Source: Octopus sinensis
Taxonomy: Eukaryota
Assembly (NCBI RefSeq): GCF_006345805.1
Contig: NC_042997.1
Location: 144,212,001-144,276,000, forward strand
DNA: 64,000 nucleotides
Direction of reading: 5' to 3'
Made by a program: the position numbers and the translations under genes. Of this stretch, positions 10,584-22,057 are shown piece after piece (position 1 is the stretch's first letter; the number at the start of each line of letters is the position of its first letter). The notes below the pieces were generated by a model, which was not told the origin of the DNA, searched no databases, and saw nothing but the letters and a program-made list of their open reading frames with translations.

Positions 10584-11737
10584 AATAGAAGAATGGTTAG
10601 TGAGAGCTGTGCAAGCCATGTACAGGGACGCTGCTAGTAAGGTGAGGGTTGGAAATGAGTACAGTGAAGAATTCCGGGTAGAGGTAGGGGTCCACCAAGG
10701 CTCAGTCCTCAGCCCCCTCCTATTTATCATAGTCCTCCAGGCAATAACGGAGGAATTCAAGACAGGATGCCCCTGGGAGCTCCTCTATGCTGATGACCTT
10801 GCTCTAATTGCTGAGTCATTATCAGAACTGGAGAAGAAGTTTCAGGTGTGGAAGCATGGTTTAGAATCGAAGGGCCTTAGAGTCAACCTAGCTAAAACCA
10901 AAGTCGTAATAGTAGGAGGTAGACAAATCACAAACGCCTTCAGGTAGATGGCCCTGCTCGATCTGTAGAAAAGGTGTAGGTAGAAACTCTATAAGATGCA
11001 CCAAGTGTAAGCTATGGACACATAAGAGGTGCAGCAATGTCATAGGAGGCTAACTAGGAAGATGGTTTTTGTATGTGGCAGATGTCGGGAGCATTAACCT
11101 CTGAAAATCTGCAGAAAACAACTTCCGTCACTTTCCAGGGGGAAAACTAGAAGTAGTTGATAGCTTCCGTTATCTTGGTGACCAAGTCAGTAGTGGGGGG
11201 GGTGTGCTGAAAGTGTAACGGCTAGAGTAAGAATAGCCTGGGCAAAGTTTAGGGAGCTCTTACCTCTGTTGGTGACTAAAGGCCTCTCGCTCAGAGTAAA
11301 AGGCAGACTGTATGATGCATGTGTACGAACAGACATGCTACATGGCAGTGAAACATGGGCCGTGACTGCTGAGGACATGCGTAAGCTCGCGAGAAATGAA
11401 GCTAGTATGCTCCGTTGGATGTGTAATGTCAGTGTTCATAGTCGACAGAGTGTAAGTACCTTGAGAGAAAAGTTGGACCTAAGAGGAATCAGATGTGTGT
11501 GTGCAAGAGAGACGATTGCGCTGGTATGGTCATGTGGTGAGAATGGATGAAGATAGGTGTGTGAAAAAGTGCCACACCCTGGCAGTTGAGGGGACCTGTG
11601 GAAGAGGTAGACCCAGGAAAACCTGGGTCGAGGTGGTGAAGCACGACCTTCGAACTCTAGGTCTCACCAAGGAAATGACCAGAGACCGAGACCTATGGAA
11701 GTATGCTGTGCGTGAGAAGACCCGGCAAGACCAGTGA
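10582..11737 (+). pseudogene. RTE reverse transcriptase C-terminal half with in-frame PHD-like finger; several frameshifts
   Basis: ORF pieces 10519-10947, 11269-11550 and 11495-11737 join through frameshifts. The intervening segment translates WPCSICRKGVGRNSIRCTKCKLWTHKRCS...FVCGRC. Confidence 0.9.
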
Positions 11738-11789
11738 GAACAATCAAAATCAAATCATATATCAGAAAGCAGGGGTTAAGTGACCCATC

Positions 11790-12700
11790 TGTTCGTGTCC
11801 GCTGTCAGCCTCGTCTGGCACCTGTGCCGGTGATACGTAAAAGCACCATTCGCTCATGGCCGTTTGCCAGCTCTGCCTGGCCCCGTGTCAGTGGCACGTA
11901 AAAGCACCATCCGTTCGTGTTCGTTGCCAGCCTCGCCTGGCCCCGTGCCGGTGACACGTAAAAGCACCGTCCGTTCGTGGCCATTGGCCAGCTCTGTCTG
12001 GCCCCGTGTCGCTGGCACGTAAAAGCACCATCCGTTCGTGGCCGTTTGCCAGCTCTGTCTGGCCCCGTGTCGGTGGCACGTAAAAGCACCATCCGTCTGT
12101 GTCCATTGCCAGCCTCGGCTGGCCCCCGTGCCGGTGACACGTAAAAGCACCGTCCGCTCGTGGCCGTTTGCCAGCTCTGTCTGGCAACCGTGTCGGTGGC
12201 ACGTAAAAGCACCATCTGTTCGCGTCCATTGCCAGCCTCGGCTGGCCCCCGTGCCGGTGACACGTAAAAGCACCATCCGTTCGTGGCCGTTTGCCAGCTC
12301 TGTCTGGCCCCGTGTCGGTGGCACGTAAAAGCACCATCCGTCCATGTCCGTTGCCAGCCTTGGCTGGCCCCCATGCCGGTGACACGTAAAAGCACCGTCC
12401 GCTCGTGGCCGTAGCCAGCTCTGTCTGGCAACCGTGTCGGTGGCACGTAAAAGCACCATCCGTTCGCGTCCGTTGCCAGCCTCGGCTGGCCCCCGTGCCG
12501 GTGATACGTAAAAGCACCGTCCGTTCGTTGCCGGTTGCCAGCTCTGTCTGGCCCCATGTCGGTGGCACGTAAAAGCACCATCCGTTCGTGTCCGTTGCCA
12601 GCATCGCCTGGCCCCGTGCCGGTGACACGTAAAAGCACCATCCGTTCATGGCCGTTCGCCAGCTCTGTCTGGCACCTGTGCAGGTGGCACGTAAAAAACA
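11790..12700 (+). repeat. Tandem array of 15 ~60-61-bp units (A/B dimeric higher-order repeat) in the RTE 3' UTR
   Basis: 15 CGTAAAAGCACC-type anchors at 60-61-bp spacing. Units alternate between GCCAG-CTCTGT-CTGGC and GCCAG-CCTCG(G/C)-CTGGC types. Confidence 0.95.
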
Positions 12701-12870
12701 CCCACTACACTCGCGGAGTGGTTGGCGTTAGGAAGGGCATCCAGCCGTAGAAACACTGCCAGATCTGACTGGGCCTGACGAAGCCTTCCAGCTTCACAGA
12801 CCCCAGTTGACCCGTCCAACCCATGCTAGCATGGAAAACGGACGCTAAACGATGATGATGATGATGATGA

Positions 12871-12911
<41 letters not shown>

Positions 12912-13028
12912 GTATATATTAAACAATAAGGGTAAATTGATATTAATCAATTAAAACCAGTGGCTATGTTTTGCATTCCTCTTAATTTTATATTATATAT
13001 ATATATATGTGTTGTATATGTGTGTATG

Positions 13029-13098
<70 letters not shown>

Positions 13099-13941
13099 CT
13101 CTCTAATAATTTATGTATAAATTTGTATTTTCTCCGTAGTTTTTTGTGCTAAGCCACTCGGTGTTAAATTAATGGTATTATTAAATTAATATCAATTTTT
13201 CACCCTCATTTATAAATATATATATATATATACATATGACATACACACACACAGAGTTCATTCTGACGCTACTAACATTTCTTTACTTTTGTGACAAAGA
13301 TCAAGAGTAATTGGTTGGAATACAGCCCCTGGGTCATCATCCTTATGATTCACTTTTCATGTTTGCCAGATGATGAAAATATTCCGTATGGTGACATTCC
13401 TCTGAGTCTCAAGAGACAACACCCACCCAACTCCACCAAAAAAAACATACAAAATTACATGATAATCATCCAATTGCATCATGTTTGCATTATGTATGGA
13501 GGTCAGGAGTGGTAATAACCTAAGCATGAAGTTTAAATATTTCAGCATCCATCCCAATATATATATAAATATATATAAAAAATTAAGGTCTTACTCATAA
13601 ATTAAAAGGAAAGGAGAAGAAGGTGTGTCTCTCCTTCATGAACAAGGAAGACATTTATGGAATGGTAAATGATTATACCTAATACATAACAGTCGCCAAA
13701 TATTAAGACTAGAGTGCTTGGTAAAATGGAAAGTGAAAACAGGAATTGAGGTATTATGGTCCTATTCTAAGAAGCAGAGTACCTCAATTGTACTGCGGTA
13801 GTTTCTCAAGAACCACAGGAAGGATTAAGCTCGGCAATTATCTGTTTGAAAGTGTTACTACTGTTTATAGTAATCAGTTGTTGAGAATGTAATAGGAAGA
13901 AATAGAACATTAGAAATAAAACAACAGAGGAGCCTCTACAT

Positions 13942-14303
13942 CAGGGGTTCTCAACTATTTTTTACCTAAGGACCCTTTTGATTACTATATTATTCTGGTG
14001 GACCCCCATAGCCATTTGATGTTTATCTAGTAGTTTTATAGAAACTTCTTTAAAAATTCCCATCTTGTTTTTCACACATCAACTTGTGTAGATTGTAAAA
14101 TGTTAGAGAAAAACGTAAAATGTTAGAGAAAAAAACCTAGCTGTTTCTTGCAATACATACCAATACATACATCTAATGCAAAATTTTTTCAGGGGCCCTT
14201 AAAATACTATTGTGGATCCCCAATTTACTATTTTGTTGCATAGAGCCCCAGAAATTTCATATAGACCTTCAGGGGCAATATGGACCCCAGTTGAGAAACA
14301 CTG
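13942..14303. mobile_element. hAT (Charlie-like) MITE
   Basis: TIRs CAGGGGTTCTCAAC / GTTGAGAAACACTG, with an exact 8-bp TSD CTCTACAT on both sides. Confidence 0.9.
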
Positions 14304-14674
14304 CTCTACATTATCTCATGACCTGCTAGACAAATCACCCAAATCTCCCTTATATCATGCCCTATAATCTTAAAGCATATAGGATATATTCATACTTGTC
14401 ACATCCCATCACACCCTATGATTTTAAAACATATGGGACACATCCAGTTACAACAACAGCAAAAATTAAAAACAATATCTCTAACAAAGGCATGGCCTTA
14501 AAATTTGAGCGAAGAGTAAATGTGATTATATAGATCTGAGTATTTAAGTGACCTTTATTTTACCAATACAAGGAAGAAATGTAAAGTCAACCATGGCAGG
14601 ATTTGAATTCATAATGCAAAACCGTCATAAATAAATGCTGTAATGTATGTTGTAGGATGTTCTATTCATCATCA

Positions 14675-15150
14675 TCATCACCATCATCATTGTTTAACAT
14701 CCGTTTTCCATGCTGGCAGGGTTGGACGGCTTGAATGAGGTCTGGAGAGCCAGTGGCTGCACCAGGCTCCAATCTGATCTGGCAATGATTCTACAGCTGG
14801 ATGCCCTTCCTGACAACAACCATTCCGAGAGTGTAGTGGGTGCTTTTTATATGTCACCGGCACAGGAGCCAGTCAGGCGAACTTGGCATCAACCATGTTC
14901 AGATGGTACTTTTTATGTGCCATCGGCACGGAAACTATTTAGTGGGTACTGGCATTGACCACATTCGGATGGTGCCTTTTACATGCCACAGGCATGGGAG
15001 CCAGTCAGGTGGCCCTGGCATCGATCCTGTTCGGATAGTGCTTTATATGTGCCACCAGCATGGGAGCCAGTCAAGAAGTACTGGCATCAGCCATGTTCAG
15101 ATAGTGTTTTTTACGTGTAACTGGCACAGGAGCCAGTCAGGGAGTACTGA
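14675..15150 (-). mobile_element. RTE 3' tail with ~5 tandem ~62-bp modules of a different subtype
   Basis: Reverse-complement tail followed by repeated GGTGC/ACTTTT.A.GTG.CAC..GCA.GG.AGCCAGTCA units. Confidence 0.85.
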
Positions 15151-15169
15151 CTCAACAGGTTTTTGGTTT

Positions 15170-15380
15170 CAAATATTGGAACAAGGCCAGCAAGTTCAGG
15201 GCAAAGGCTAAATCGATTACATTGGCCTCAGTGTTCAACTGAGACTTTATTCTATTGACCCTGAAAGGATGAAAGGCAAAGTTGACCCTGGCAACATTTG
15301 AATTCAGAAATTAGTCAGAAGAAATGCTGCTAAATATTTTACCCAGCTCAGAAACGATTCTGCCAGCTTGCTGCCTAACT
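15170..15380 (-). mobile_element. SINE family B
   Basis: ATCGATTACAT.G.CC.CAGT...GACCCTGAAAGGATGAAAGGCAAAGTTGACC...ATTTGAATTCAGA...TTCTGCCAGCTTGCTGCC. Confidence 0.8.
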
Positions 15381-15612
15381 TATTCAAAATATTGACAGCA
15401 ATATAAATACCAACAATAAGTAAAATAAATATTTGCAGAGTTGTCAGAGTGTAGGACAAAATATCTTGAAGTGTTCTTTAATAGTGCTTATTCTTTGTAA
15501 GCCTAGTACTTATTCAATTGGTCTTTTATGCCGAAACAATAAGTTACGGGGATGTAAACACACCAGCATTGGTTGTCAAGCAATGTTGGGTGGACAAACA
15601 CAGACACACATA

Positions 15613-15669
<57 letters not shown>

Positions 15670-15831
15670 ATGTGAAATAGAAAGATGAATAATCTTGTTG
15701 CAGATTAATCAAAAGTTTAACCGATACCTTGGTAGCAAAAATCACAGCAGAAGACAGCACGGTTGGAGGTACAACCATATGGTGTTGCACCGTGCGTTGG
15801 TGCGGATAATTGAATATTAATATTATTAATA

Positions 15832-15869
<38 letters not shown>

Positions 15870-15894
15870 ATATATATATATATTATATATATAT

Positions 15895-16075
15895 ATAAAA
15901 CGGGAAGGTTTACGAAAATAAACAAAAGACGAAGGCAGGTGGAGTACAAACAAACAATTGTATTAGTATATTAGTATGGCTCTCAGGAATAGAAATAAAA
16001 CAAGTCTTTTACGTTTCGAGCCTACGCTCGTCAACAGAAAGATACACAGAAAAGAAACAAGGAGAGAAAGAAATA
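15895..16075 (-). mobile_element. Penelope-type pseudo-LTR-like repeat containing a hammerhead motif
   Basis: A related copy in the opposite orientation lies at ~25540-25670. The hammerhead fold is at 16005-16042. Confidence 0.55.
16005..16042 (-). ncRNA. Minimal hammerhead motif, A6U core variant
   Basis: UCUUU-CUGUUGA-C-GAGC(guag)GCUC-GAAA-CGU-A-AAAGA. Stem I is 5 bp, stem II is 4 bp, stem III is the palindrome ACGU, and the triplet is GUA. Confidence 0.65.
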
Positions 16076-16654
16076 GATAGATAGATAGATAGATAGATAA
16101 AACTTACTTGGAAAATGATGAGTGGAGTTTGATCATATAATAATATAAACAATATATAAATATATGCATATATACATACATATATGTACACACTTACATC
16201 TATATGTATATATACATGCGTATATGGGTACATGACATCAAAAAAACATTGAACACAATGAGAAACAAAAACATGGAAACGAACTATTTTTCAAACAGTG
16301 AAAAAACAGAGTACAAGACATACAACACAAGGAATATTCCCCCTCTTCCGTTGTCCCTGTTTCGTCTACTCTGCATTTCGAAGGTAAGGACAAGATGCAA
16401 CTTTGTTGAAACAATCCTTCCCGCAAAGCAAATTAAATAAAATTCGGGATTTTTTGCAGAGGGTGAAAGTGGTAACAAGAACAGGACAGTGAGAACAAAA
16501 CAAGAAAGTAAAAACGATAAAAGTAAAAACAGTAAAAGATAGAACAAATAGAATAACACAGTAAAAACAAACAATGAGGGCTGTTAAGCCAAGACGATGG
16601 AAAAATTATTCTGAACGTTTGAGGAGACAGTTATTATGAGAGAGACAGGATAAG

Positions 16655-16785
16655 CGGACTTCTTTCAGTTTCCATCTACCAAATCCACTCACAAGGCTTT
16701 GGTCAGCCCAAGGTTATACTAGAAGACAAGGTGCCATGTAGTTACTAAGCAAGTTACTTAGCACACAGCCACTCCTGTGCCTATG
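16655..16785 (-). mobile_element. SINE family A 5' half, internally deleted
   Basis: CTTCTTTCAGTTTCC.TCTACCAAATCCACTCACAAGGCTTTGGTC...CACACAGCCACTCCTGTGCC. Confidence 0.8.
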
Positions 16786-18552
16786 GTTAAATTTACCCAT
16801 TAACATCATTTTTAAAGTCCTCTTATTCATGCTTCCAGTAGGTCAGACAGAGGTTATTAAGCAGATTTTTCTAAAGTCAGGCACTCTTCCTGTCACCAAC
16901 CCTGACCTGATTTCTAAGTACAATGATATTTCCCCTTGTTTAGATATGTTTCCACGGAATATTGGAAATGAAGGGCATTCATTTACAACAACCACACAAT
17001 GTCAAGACAAGGAGACACAAACACACACATGCACAGACACACACACATATGTATATGTATGAAAGTGTACTACAAGCATAGCTAGAGAAGGCGGTCCACC
17101 CCCTGGTGGCACTTTTATGGGGGCAGCACCACTTTTGTCTCTGCTGTAGGCAATATGTATTTTGGGGAGGGGTGGGAGTGGAAAACTGAAGTGTTGCCCT
17201 GGGTGGCACACACTAGCTATGTTAGTGGGGCACAGTAAGCCAACTGGGACTGCAGGACCCCTGGTCTTTGTCAAGGCATCCCTTTAGGAGAAGTCTAACT
17301 CATATATATACAACCTGCTGCTCTACTGAGCTAAAAATTTTGCACTTTGCTTGTCTCTGAGCTTCTAGGTATTGCTAGTGAGAGTCGTTGCAGGGCTGTA
17401 CAAGCTGCACTTGGCTTGGTATCCTTGTACAGGGATTGTTGACACTTAATATCTTGTGTTTAATTTGTGAGTCACTGTCAGTCTAAGATTTATAGGAAGA
17501 ATCAGTTATAAGTTTGATATATTGATCTTAGCCTATAAGGCTGAGAAGCATTGAATCAGTTATAAGTTTAACTGTTAGTGAAGGTCATGCTTGTCTAACA
17601 AATAGACAGCCCTCGTCATATATATATGTATGTGTGTATGTCAGTGTGTGTGTGCATGTGTGTGTGTCTGTGTTTGTGACTGTTGTCCTTTTTCCTTTTA
17701 CTTCTTTTAGTTATTTGACTGTGGCTATACAGGAGCACTGCCTTGAAGTGTTTTAGTTGAACAAGTCAACTTAGGGAACTTATTTTTTAGTACTTATACT
17801 GTCAGTTTCTTTTGCCAGCCTGCTAAGTTACAGGGTCGTAAACACACCAACATTGGTTGTCAAGTGGTGATTGGGGACAAACACAAACACAAAGACACAG
17901 TACCCTCTAATTGGTTCCCATGCAATGAATTCCTCTACCACTGGATGATTTAGATATGACACAGAATAAAAATGAATTATTCTACATAATATTGTAGGGT
18001 GGGCCATAAATTTGACCAGTTCTAATTTTTTTCTTGTTTTTCTTCCTTTTTTAAAAATATTCTTTAATATTGAATACATTGTTGATTAACTAAAGAAAAA
18101 ATTTATTGATTTTTTTTTTTGAGCAATTTTTTAGCAGCCAATTTCATACTAAAGATTTCAATAAGCTATTTGCATATGAATTAGTACATAATTGAAATTA
18201 ATAAATTGCCATTGAATATTTGCAATACAGTAGCTAAGTTGAATCCAACCCTGCTCATAAAGATGATATAGGTATATGGATGGCTATGTGGCTTTTAGAA
18301 ATTCAGTTTATTTTGTAGCCATATGGTTTTTTGGCTCAATCCTTCTGCACTGCACCTTGAGCAAGTGACTTCTATCCTGGGTCAACCAGTGCCTTGTGAG
18401 TGCATGTTCTTATTTTGCTTGCTACTGTTTGAGTAATATGGGGTTAAAGTTGACATTCTTTATTAACATAATGACCAATTTCCCAAATGTTTTGAACATA
18501 AAATCCTGTATCTCAAAAATAGGTGTGGGTTGGCAACAGGAAGAGCATCATT

Positions 18553-18554
<2 letters not shown>

Positions 18555-18584
<30 letters not shown>

Positions 18585-18995
18585 TTAACGTCTACTTTCA
18601 ATACTGGCATGGGTTAGATGGTTCGACTGAAACTGGTAAGCTAGAAGGCTGCACCAGGTTCCAAACTGATTTGGCATGGTTCCTGTGGCTGGATGCCCTT
18701 CCTAATGCCAACCCCCTCAAGAGTGTAATGGGTGCTTTTTATGTCACACTGGCATGAGTACCAATTATATGACACTAGCATTGGCCACAACTATGATTTC
18801 ACTTGACTTAATGGGTCTTCTCAGGCATGGCATACTTCCAAAGGTCTTGGTCACTTACCATGGCCTGCATGAGGCCTAAAGTTTGAAGGGCGCTTTTTAC
18901 ATACCACCAGCATGAGTGACAGTTATGTGACACCAGCATCAGCCATGACTATGATTTCACTTGGCTTTATAGGTTTCTCAATCACAGCATGGTAT
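18555..18995 (-). mobile_element. 5'-truncated RTE copy
   Basis: The minus strand translates LQTLGLMQAMVSDQDLWKYAMPEKTH, the RTE C-terminus, followed by the 3' tail and (GAT)n. Confidence 0.8.
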
Positions 18996-19419
18996 CCAGT
19001 CATAAAATCCTGCCTTAGAATTCATTCTTCTCCAAGCCATGCTAACATGGAAAACAGGACATTAAATGACCAATTAAACAAATGAACAATAATGAATCCT
19101 AACTCACATGTAATATGCTAAAAAAAGACAAACAAACAAAACAAGCTAAATTTGTTCTTCCAATTGAAATCAAAGTCAAATTCGATGACTGGCATCCGTT
19201 CTAGTGGAGCGCTAAGAGTACCATATGAGTGTGATCGTTGCCAGAGCAACAAGCTGGCCTCCATGCTGGTGGCATGTAAAAAACACCATTCAAGCGTGAT
19301 CGTTGCCTGTGTCGCTTTACTGGCACTTGTGCTGGTGGCACGTGAAAAAACATTCGAGAGATGGATGAAATGCTGCTAAGCATTTTGCTGCTGTCCTAAT
19401 GTTTTTGCCTTTTAAAAAT

Positions 19420-19441
19420 AGTAATAATAATAATAATAATG

Positions 19442-19496
<55 letters not shown>

Positions 19497-19513
19497 TGAT
19501 CATGATGATCATG

Positions 19514-19568
<55 letters not shown>

Positions 19569-19585
19569 TAATAAAGATCATAATG

Positions 19586-19634
<49 letters not shown>

Positions 19635-19665
19635 TCATAATGATGATGATGATAATGATGATGAT
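19420..19665. repeat. (AAT)n microsatellite with GAT/CAT interruptions
   Basis: Directly visible. Confidence 0.95.
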
Positions 19666-19674
19666 GGTATTAAT

Positions 19675-19970
19675 AAGGCATTGACAAATGACCAAGAACT
19701 TTGGAAATATGCCATGCATGAGAAGAAGACCCATCAAGTCAAGTGAAATTGTGGTCATGGCAGATACTAGTGTCATGCAACTGACACCCATGCTGGTGGC
19801 ACGTAAAAGCACCCATTACACTCCTGGAGTGGTTGATGCTAGGAAGGGCATCCAGCTGTAGAAACCATGCCAAACCAGACTGGAGTCTGGTGCAGCTTAC
19901 CAACCCTGGTCAAATCGTCCTACCCATGCCAGCATGGACAATGGATAATGATGATGATGATGATGATGAC
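19675..19970 (+). mobile_element. 5'-truncated RTE copy
   Basis: LTNDQELWKYAMHEKKTHQVK* followed by one 3'-UTR module, the tail and (GAT)n. Confidence 0.8.
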
Positions 19971-20460
19971 ATTTTCACAGCAGACAATGTAATTTACACA
20001 AATAGATGACCATATTTATAAAAAGAACATCATTTAAAGAGATGCCATTATTTACCAAAACTCCAATACCTACGAAAAGGAATATTATCAACATTTCTTA
20101 CAGAGATGACAATATTTACTGGAAAAAAAGAAAACTCAATATTTACTGGATATACATTATTTACCTGAATGAACACAGTTTATTATAATATAAATGATAT
20201 CACACAAGTGCTGGCATGGCTGTGACCTTAAGAAACTTGCTTTGCAACCACATGGCTTTGAGTTCAGTCCCACATTGCAGCATCTTTAGCCAGTGTCTTC
20301 TATTATAGCTCTGAGCTGACCAATGTCATGTGAGTGAATTTAGTAGACAGAAACTGAGCAGAAGTTAATCATATATATGAAAAAGAAAATAGAGATTAGG
20401 CAGTTAATAATCGTTTATTATTAACAACAAATTAATCATCATCCCATACAGACATTTCAA

Positions 20461-20694
20461 TTAATACTCAGTAGATATTAAGTAAATATTAAATTTATAT
20501 GACCCGAGCAAAATATCTTCAGAGGGGAGAAAAATATACACCCTTGGATGTTTTATATATGTTTATGGATTAATTATAGCAGACTGAATCCATAAACACA
20601 TATAAAACATCCAAGGCTATATTTTTTTCCTTCTGAAGATACTATGCTCAGCTCATATAAATTTGATATTTACTTGATATTTAATGAGTATTAA
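20461..20694. repeat. Diverged inverted repeat (~110-bp arms, ~15-bp spacer)
   Basis: TTAATACTCA...CCTTGGATGTTTTATAT.TGTTTATGGATT mirrored by AATCCATAAACA.ATATAAAACATCCAAGG...TGAGTATTAA. Confidence 0.85.
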
Positions 20695-21696
20695 TTGAAA
20701 CAGCTGTAAGGGATGTTTGCTGTTAAAAATAAGCAATTATAAAATTCCCAATCTCCATTTTCTTTTTCTTCTTTTATATGTTAGCATGTGATTTGAAGAA
20801 AATTTAGTTGATATTTTTAAAAGGTCAGCCAACAAAGTACAAGTTCCCCTTTTGACTTGTTGAAAGTGTTTAGCTTCTTCCTTTCACATTCTGATCTCAG
20901 ACTGTTAGGAAAAATTAATTAAAATTGATTGAGTAATTATTCTTCAAGGAAGCAGAAAAGAATCAACAGAACTCCTGCATCCATCAAATTCAACAATTAC
21001 CGTTGCGCCTCAGGATTGTTTTTTGTTTTTATTTTCCAGTTATTGTTTTTCTTGATAATTTCTATATACAATTTAGCATGGGAGTAATGGTTGATTTGTT
21101 GAAGCAATTATTTTTACAGCTGGATGACCTGACAACAGCAAATCACTCAACTGTGTAATTGGAGTAAGATCTGCTATTTCACAGAGGTATGAAAATACGT
21201 GTCGTGTGTGTGTCGTGTACCTTGTTGAAGGGAACAGAATGAAAATTAGAATATACATATTAACTGGCTAAAATAATATGACAGCATGGAGGTGAATGAC
21301 TTGTAAAATTATTTATATGCATACGTTTTATGAAATACATTTAACATAGATATGAAAATACAATCTGTGACTATACCAAACAAACTATTTTTGCTGAGTA
21401 AATGGAAGAAAAATTCAACTAGTTTGTTTAGTTTTTATCAGCACAAAGGAATGTTTATTTCCTTCAGTCAACACAGAGAAAGAGAGGGGAGGGCGAGTAG
21501 TAAGGGTGAGATAGATAGTAGTATACTTAGGTCTATTTCCATAGTTAAGGTAAATATGATGAGTTCATAAATTTTAAATTTATTAGCAACTTACCCCTAT
21601 AGATATAGCAATGCATTGCTTTATAACCCCACCAAAATATTTTGCTGGCCATCCAGATGCATAATCTACTCACACACCATCTTACTGTTCCTAACA

Positions 21697-22057
21697 CAGT
21701 GCTTCTCAGCCTTTCTTTTTATGTATGGACCCTTTAGATTACTATTTCATTCTAGTGGTTGCCCATAGCCATTCATTGTTTAAAAACTAGTTTTATAAAC
21801 ATCTTTCAAAATTCCTGTTTTGTTTATCAGGCATTCACTTGTGTAGGCTGAACTATGTAAAACATCAGAGACAGAAACCTAACTGCTTCTTGCAATAAAT
21901 ACATCTAAAGCAGAATTTTTCATGGACCCATAAAATACTATTTTGGAGTCACTTTACTATTCTGCTTGTCTTGTGTGGACACCCCCAAATCTTATATGGA
22001 CCCCAAGGGATCATATGGATGCCAAGGGATCATATGGCTCCTGGTTTAGAAACACTG
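21697..22057. mobile_element. hAT MITE (same family as 13942-14303), older copy
   Basis: TIRs CAGTGCTTCTCAGC / GTTTAGAAACACTG, colinear internal sequence and a degenerate TSD. Confidence 0.8.

Larger units (their letters stand above)
10582..12871 (+). mobile_element. RTE-clade non-LTR retrotransposon, 5'-truncated, inserted in a (TA)n tract
   Basis: RT motifs GVHQGSVLSPLLF, LLYADDLALI, GLRVNLAKTK, FRYLG; RTE C-terminal motifs LHGSETW, RRLRWYGHVVRM, GRGRPRKTW. Followed by a 3' UTR array and a (GAT)n tail, with (TA)n on both flanks. Confidence 0.95.

Noticed and set aside
11790-12700. CRISPR-like array, and the 200-300-aa ORFs 11805-12701, 11854-12459 and 11888-12649
   Set aside because: The spacers are homologous to each other (tandem repeat), the context is a eukaryotic LINE 3' UTR, and no cas genes are present. 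The ORFs are stop-free by repetition only.
12925-13215. Partial inverted pair of an AT-rich repeat around (TA)n (related copy at ~5685-5790)
   Set aside because: It is too degraded to define arms or any ribozyme core, so it is noted only as another dispersed AT-rich family.
16330-16400. Possible hammerhead (CGGAAGA...; GAAA upstream) on the minus strand
   Set aside because: I could not build a consistent three-stem fold in any topology.
21120-21186. Plus-strand exon with TTTTTACAG acceptor and GAG|GTATGA donor
   Set aside because: There are stop codons in all three frames, and the acceptor resembles the RTE-tail motif TTTCTACAGCTGGATG.
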